The position numbers were made by a program, and so were the translations under genes. This document shows positions 59,552-64,000 of a DNA stretch of 64,000 bases, one piece after another. This DNA comes from an uncultured Rikenellaceae bacterium (GTDB lineage Bacteria > Bacteroidota > Bacteroidia > Bacteroidales > VadinHA17): NCBI GenBank assembly GCA_964633195.1, contig CAZWFL010000003.1, positions 69,795-133,794 on the forward strand, written 5' to 3'. The notes beneath the pieces were generated by a model. The model was not told the DNA's origin. It saw only the letters and a program-made list of their open reading frames with translations, and ran no database searches. Position 1 is the first letter of the stretch, and each line of letters begins with the position of its first letter.

Positions 59552-61708
59552 ATGAAAACATACCAGACCGACCAGATAAGGAACATTGCCCTTCTGGGAA
59601 ACTCAGGTTCAGGGAAGACCACTCTGGCTGAAGCTATGCTCTTCAATGGCGGCATTATTGAGCGCAGAGGTACGGTGGAATCAGGGAATACTGTATCAGA
59701 TTACAGGCCTATTGAACAGGAGAACGGAAATTCAGTCTTTTCAACAGTCTTGTATACTGAAATCCAGAATAAGAAAATTAATATCCTTGACACTCCCGGG
59801 CTCGATGATTTCAGCGGAGGAGTCATTTCTTCACTCTATGCTGCCGAGTGTACGGTACTTGTTGTTAATGTACAGAATGGTGTGGAGGTCGGGACTGAGA
59901 TCCACTTCCGCCATGCGGAGAATATGAATAAACCCTTAATAATTGTTGTCAACGGCCTCGATCATGAGAAAGCCAACTTTGAAAAGTCGGTGGAGATGAT
60001 GAAGGAGCGCCTGAGCAATAATGTAATGCTTACACAGTATCCTGTCAATGAAGGAGTTGGATTTAATTCGGTGATTGACATCTTTCTGATGAAGATGCTG
60101 CAGTATCCGAAAGAGGGGGGAGTCGGGAAGGTCTCCGAAATACCTGCCGATCAACTTGACAGAGCCACAGAACTGCATAATGAACTTGTCGAGAAAGCCG
60201 CCGAGAGTGACGAGTCGCTTATGGAATCGTTCTTTGCAAACGATACCCTCACCGAGGAAGAGATAAGGAAGGGAATTGCCAGAGGGATCCAGACCAGATC
60301 GGTTTTCCCGGTATTCTGCATCTCTGCAAAGCATAATACGGGTATTGACTCCCTCGCAGGATTCATAATAAACGAGGCACCTGCCATAACCGATATGCCT
60401 CCACCTGTCAACAGTAAAGGGAATGAAGTCAAACCCGCAACCAGCGGACCGGCATCAGTATTTATCTTCAAATCATCCATTGAAGAACATATTGGCGAGA
60501 TCAACTATTTCAAGGTCCTTTCGGGCAAAGTAACCGAGAACCTCGATGTGATTAACAGCAACAACGGAACCCGGGAGAGGCTCTCACAGCTTTATGTATG
60601 CGCCGGAAAGAACCGTGCAAGGATTTCTGAACTCTATCCGGGAGATATCGGAGCCTTTGTTAAGCTGAAGAACACAAAGACCGGACATACTCTCAATGCA
60701 CCGGGCAACGACTGGAAGTACGAAGGGATGAAATTCCCCGAACCCAAATACCGGGTTGCAATAAAGGCACAGAGCGAGAGTGATGACGAGAAGCTGGGGG
60801 AGGCACTTAACAAGATTCACCTTGAGGATCCGACAATAATAATCGAATATTCCAAAGAGCTGAAGCAGATTATCGTGCATGGTCAGGGAGAATATCATCT
60901 GAACATAATGAAGTGGCATCTTGACAATATCTATAAGATCCCGTCAAATTTCAATGTTCCCAAAATACCATATCGCGAAACAATCACCAGGTCAGCCCAG
61001 GCCGATTACCGGCACAAGAAACAATCAGGAGGTGCCGGCCAGTTTGGAGAGGTGCACATGATCATAGAGCCTTATGAAGAGGGGTCTCCGGAGCTGTCAG
61101 TATCCCGGACAGGGGGCAAGGAAATAAAGCTTTCAGTGAGGGACAAGGAGGTCATCGAACTTCAGTGGGGAGGTAAGCTGGTATATGTGAATTGTATCGT
61201 CGGAGGATCAATTGATGCCCGTTTTATGCCTGCAATCCTTAAGGGTATAATGGAAAAGATGGAAGTAGGGCCGCTTACCGGCTCCTATGCAAGAGACATC
61301 AGGGTTTATGTGTATGACGGTAAGATGCACCCCGTTGATTCAAACGAGATCTCTTTCAGGCTGGCAGGCCGTAACGCTTTCAGCATGGCATTCAAAAATG
61401 CCGGTCCCAAGATCCTTGAACCTGTTTATGATGTTGAGATAATGGTTCCCTCCGACCGTATGGGAGATGTTATCAGCGACCTGCAGGGAAGGAGGGGGAT
61501 GGTGCTGGGAATGTCGAGCGAAAAGCGGTTTGAGATTATCAAGGCCAAGGTCCCTCTGGCAGAAATGAATAAATATTCGACAGCCCTTAGCTCAATAACA
61601 GGAGGAAGAGCTTTCTATACCATGAAATTCGCCGATTATACACAGGTTCCGTCCGACGTTCAGGAAGCTGTTATCAAAGCCTACTCTGAAGAAGAAGAGG
61701 AGGAATAA
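59552..61708 (+). CDS. EF-G paralog with degenerate GTPase motifs (EF-G2-like)
   Basis: 718 aa from MKTYQTDQIRNIALLGNSGSGKTT; EF-G five-domain layout, but with DTPGLDDF (His->Leu), NGLD (for NKxD) and no switch-I Thr. Confidence 0.85.
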   Translation: MKTYQTDQIRNIALLGNSGSGKTTLAEAMLFNGGIIERRGTVESGNTVSDYRPIEQENGNSVFSTVLYTEIQNKKINILDTPGLDDFSGGVISSLYAAECTVLVVNVQNGVEVGTEIHFRHAENMNKPLIIVVNGLDHEKANFEKSVEMMKERLSNNVMLTQYPVNEGVGFNSVIDIFLMKMLQYPKEGGVGKVSEIPADQLDRATELHNELVEKAAESDESLMESFFANDTLTEEEIRKGIARGIQTRSVFPVFCISAKHNTGIDSLAGFIINEAPAITDMPPPVNSKGNEVKPATSGPASVFIFKSSIEEHIGEINYFKVLSGKVTENLDVINSNNGTRERLSQLYVCAGKNRARISELYPGDIGAFVKLKNTKTGHTLNAPGNDWKYEGMKFPEPKYRVAIKAQSESDDEKLGEALNKIHLEDPTIIIEYSKELKQIIVHGQGEYHLNIMKWHLDNIYKIPSNFNVPKIPYRETITRSAQADYRHKKQSGGAGQFGEVHMIIEPYEEGSPELSVSRTGGKEIKLSVRDKEVIELQWGGKLVYVNCIVGGSIDARFMPAILKGIMEKMEVGPLTGSYARDIRVYVYDGKMHPVDSNEISFRLAGRNAFSMAFKNAGPKILEPVYDVEIMVPSDRMGDVISDLQGRRGMVLGMSSEKRFEIIKAKVPLAEMNKYSTALSSITGGRAFYTMKFADYTQVPSDVQEAVIKAYSEEEEEE

Positions 61709-61716
61709 ATTTAATG

Positions 61717-61742
61717 TAGGGGCATTGCATGCAATGCCCCTA
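61717..61742. terminator. perfect palindrome / bidirectional terminator-like hairpin
   Basis: TAGGGGCATTGCATGCAATGCCCCTA lies between the convergent stops at 61708 and 61751. Confidence 0.55.
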
Positions 61743-61750
61743 ATACCCCC

Positions 61751-62044
61751 CTATACCGTCTGCACAATATCCCACACGAATGCCCGGATGCCGACATCCT
61801 CGCTTACCGAGTCAATCTTCTTAACCTTGTCGAGTATCTTCCCTACAAGGTCATCTTCAACCACAGTAAGCAGACTTTTATTTATCTCGGGCCAGGTATG
61901 GGTGCCCAGGTGAGGGACACCGGTACCGGTGCCCCTGCCCTGTACATTTTCCCAGAGCGTATAGCCCCTTACACCAAGCCTGTCAAGAACATACTCTACT
62001 TTTTCGGTATGTGCCTGGTTATATATAATCATTATAGCTTTCAT
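61751..62044 (-). CDS. P-II-like small protein associated with an RND transporter
   Basis: 97 aa; beta-alpha-beta-beta-alpha-beta-like sequence with a GRGTGTG loop; immediately downstream of the RND permease gene. Confidence 0.6.
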   Translation of the reverse strand: MKAIMIIYNQAHTEKVEYVLDRLGVRGYTLWENVQGRGTGTGVPHLGTHTWPEINKSLLTVVEDDLVGKILDKVKKIDSVSEDVGIRAFVWDIVQTV

Positions 62045-62064
62045 ATACTTGCTTCTTAAATTGT

Positions 62065-64000
62065 TTATTCAGCGTTGCCGTTATTACCGTTCAGGTACTG
62101 CAGTTCGCTGTAGGCTTCACGGTATTTCCACCTTTCTTTCCTTGTAACGAAAATGGCATATACAACAGGTACAAGGACAAGCGTTACGAACGTTGAGAAG
62201 ATTAGTCCGCCTATAACCGCAATCCCCATCGGCCGCCAGAGCTCAGCCCCCGAGCCTGCGCTTATTGCAAGAGGGAACATTGCCAGTATGGTTGTGGCAG
62301 AGGTCATCAGAACCGGCCTCAGACGCGATCTACCCGATATGAGTATGGCGCTGTAGAGATCGTTGCCCCTTTCGCGCATGAGATTGATGAAGTCAACAAG
62401 GACTATGGCATTCTTCACCACTATCCCAATCAGCAGCACTGCTCCCATAGCCGATATCACACTTAACGGCGTGCTGGTGAAAAAGAGCCCCATCGCCACA
62501 CCGGAGAAGGCAAAAGGTATCGAGAACATTATTATCAGCGGCATCCTCAGCGATTCGAACTGTGAGGCCATTACCAGGTAGACAAGAATAAGACTTACTA
62601 TTAACAGCATCCCAATATCCATAAATGCTTCCATCTGTTCTTCAATCGCTCCTGATATCTGAACCATCACCCCTGAAGGCTTTGGAGTCGAGTCAATTGC
62701 TTTCTGTATCTCCCTTTGCAGATCGGTAAGTGAACGCTGATATGGCGTCAGCGACACTGTCACTATCCTCTCCTTCCGCTTGCGCTCTATCTGAGGCGGA
62801 GCCCAGTATTCCTTTATCTCGGCTATCTCGCCAAGTCTCACTATCCTTCCCATAGGATTGGTTATCCCTATATTCTCAATATCGGTGAGTGAACTCCTTG
62901 CGTCTTTTGTAAACCGTACAACAATATCATATTCATTGCCCGACTGCCTCAATCTGGTTGCCGTAAGTCCGTCGACCCTGTTCCTGACAGCTGTGGCAAC
63001 AGTGGCAGTGTTGAGTCCGTTGCTTATCATCTTTGCCTGATCAAGAATGATCTGAAGCTCAGGTTTCGACTTGTCGCGGCTGATTGTTACATCCGTTGCA
63101 CCCTGAATGACCCGGATCTTGTCTGCAAGTTCCTGTGCGACGATATTTGTGGCTGCAATATCGTAGCCATAAACCTCAACATCAACAGTATTTCCTCCAA
63201 AACCGCCCCCACCGTCACCCGTTGTAACGTTATAATTAATGATCTCAGGGTAAACGGAAAGGTCGTTGCGTATCTCTTCAGCGATTTCCCAGACATCCCT
63301 TTCACGTTCATCGACCGGGACCAGTCTCAGGCTATGGGTTATAATATGTGTGCCGCCGGCTCCGAATATCGAGGAGAAGCCTCCCTGATCATCACTTCCC
63401 GTAGAAGTTGATATAAGATCTATCTCGGGGTATCTTGCGGCAAGGAGACTGTCAATCCTGTCGGCAACCCTGATACTGTTATCCACCCGGGTTCCGGTCT
63501 GCAACTCTATGTTTATCGATATCCTGGATTCATCTGCCTCAGGAAAAAACTCGGTGTCAACAAAAGTGAAGAGACTCATCGATCCTACGAAAACCACGAG
63601 GGCAATAATTGATACAAACGTTTTATGATGCAACGCCCAGTTAAGCGTCTTCTCATAGAAATTGTCAAACTTATCAAGGCCCTTTCTTATGCTGCCGTCA
63701 TAGCTCCAGAAAGAGGCATCTTGTTTTATCGGAGAAAGTCTCAGCATCAGCGAGCTGAGTGTAGGCGTGAAAGTAATGGCAGCAATTGTCGAGGTGACCA
63801 CCGTAATGGTCACTATCATACCGAGCTGCTTGAAAAGTACACCGGTGAGACCCTTTACAAAAGTAAGCGGGAAGAAGACTGCAACGACAGTGAGAGTGGT
63901 TACAATAACAGCAAGCCATACCTCGTTAGTGGCGTAAATGGCTGCTTCGCGCGGCCTGCTGCCCCTTTCAATATGCTTGGTGATATTCTCAAGAACCACA
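62065..64000 (-). CDS. efflux RND transporter permease subunit (AcrB/CzcA family), N-terminus outside the window
   Basis: More than 644 aa of open frame running off the window end; RND periplasmic loop and C-terminal TM bundle sequence. Confidence 0.88.
   Translation of the reverse strand, partial: VVLENITKHIERGSRPREAAIYATNEVWLAVIVTTLTVVAVFFPLTFVKGLTGVLFKQLGMIVTITVVTSTIAAITFTPTLSSLMLRLSPIKQDASFWSYDGSIRKGLDKFDNFYEKTLNWALHHKTFVSIIALVVFVGSMSLFTFVDTEFFPEADESRISINIELQTGTRVDNSIRVADRIDSLLAARYPEIDLISTSTGSDDQGGFSSIFGAGGTHIITHSLRLVPVDERERDVWEIAEEIRNDLSVYPEIINYNVTTGDGGGGFGGNTVDVEVYGYDIAATNIVAQELADKIRVIQGATDVTISRDKSKPELQIILDQAKMISNGLNTATVATAVRNRVDGLTATRLRQSGNEYDIVVRFTKDARSSLTDIENIGITNPMGRIVRLGEIAEIKEYWAPPQIERKRKERIVTVSLTPYQRSLTDLQREIQKAIDSTPKPSGVMVQISGAIEEQMEAFMDIGMLLIVSLILVYLVMASQFESLRMPLIIMFSIPFAFSGVAMGLFFTSTPLSVISAMGAVLLIGIVVKNAIVLVDFINLMRERGNDLYSAILISGRSRLRPVLMTSATTILAMFPLAISAGSGAELWRPMGIAVIGGLIFSTFVTLVLVPVVYAIFVTRKERWKYREAYSELQYLNGNNGNAE

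Overview
This window looks like a core chromosomal segment of a Bacteroidota (Bacteroidia-like) genome. Supporting evidence: an adjacent gldE-gldD pair, a protease with a T9SS C-terminal sorting domain, TAnnTTTG -7 promoter boxes upstream of many genes, no Shine-Dalgarno sequences, and a str operon in which fusA runs directly into rpsJ with no tuf. Positions 1-39.4 kb carry mixed-strand housekeeping genes: nadK, pdxJ, udk, manA, engB, prs, rplY-pth, lnt, dsbD, rng, hup, ssb, gldED, ychF, hisS and a UbiD-family decarboxylase. Positions 40.1-59.1 kb form one uninterrupted minus-strand block, rpsL-rpsG-fusA-S10/spc/alpha ribosomal operons-rpoA-rplQ-eno. It includes rpmJ and rpmD, which are too short for the supplied ORF track and were located by hand. 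The window ends with a divergently transcribed EF-G paralog, a P-II-like protein and a truncated RND pump. No rRNA, tRNA, CRISPR array, transposase or integrase was recognised. Six things stand out. (1) A ~690-bp ORF-free, G+C-rich spacer (39416-40102) reads on the minus strand as a promoter-to-terminator unit packed with tetraloop-capped helices; it is a candidate large structured RNA or riboswitch-like leader that I cannot assign to a known class. (2) The EF-G paralog is degenerate at each G-domain position compared (G1, switch I, G3, G4). (3) An unannotated 29-codon, extremely basic ORF lies just downstream of hup. (4) An AT-rich MntA/HepT toxin-antitoxin cassette is bracketed by ~40-nt direct repeats. 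(5) A perfect (GTGGTGA)x8 microsatellite sits next to a degenerate 7-nt-period array upstream of hisS. (6) A secreted protein carries a Tyr/Ser/Pro low-complexity core. All calls are by eye from sequence motifs and gene order. No database search, covariance model or folding program was run.
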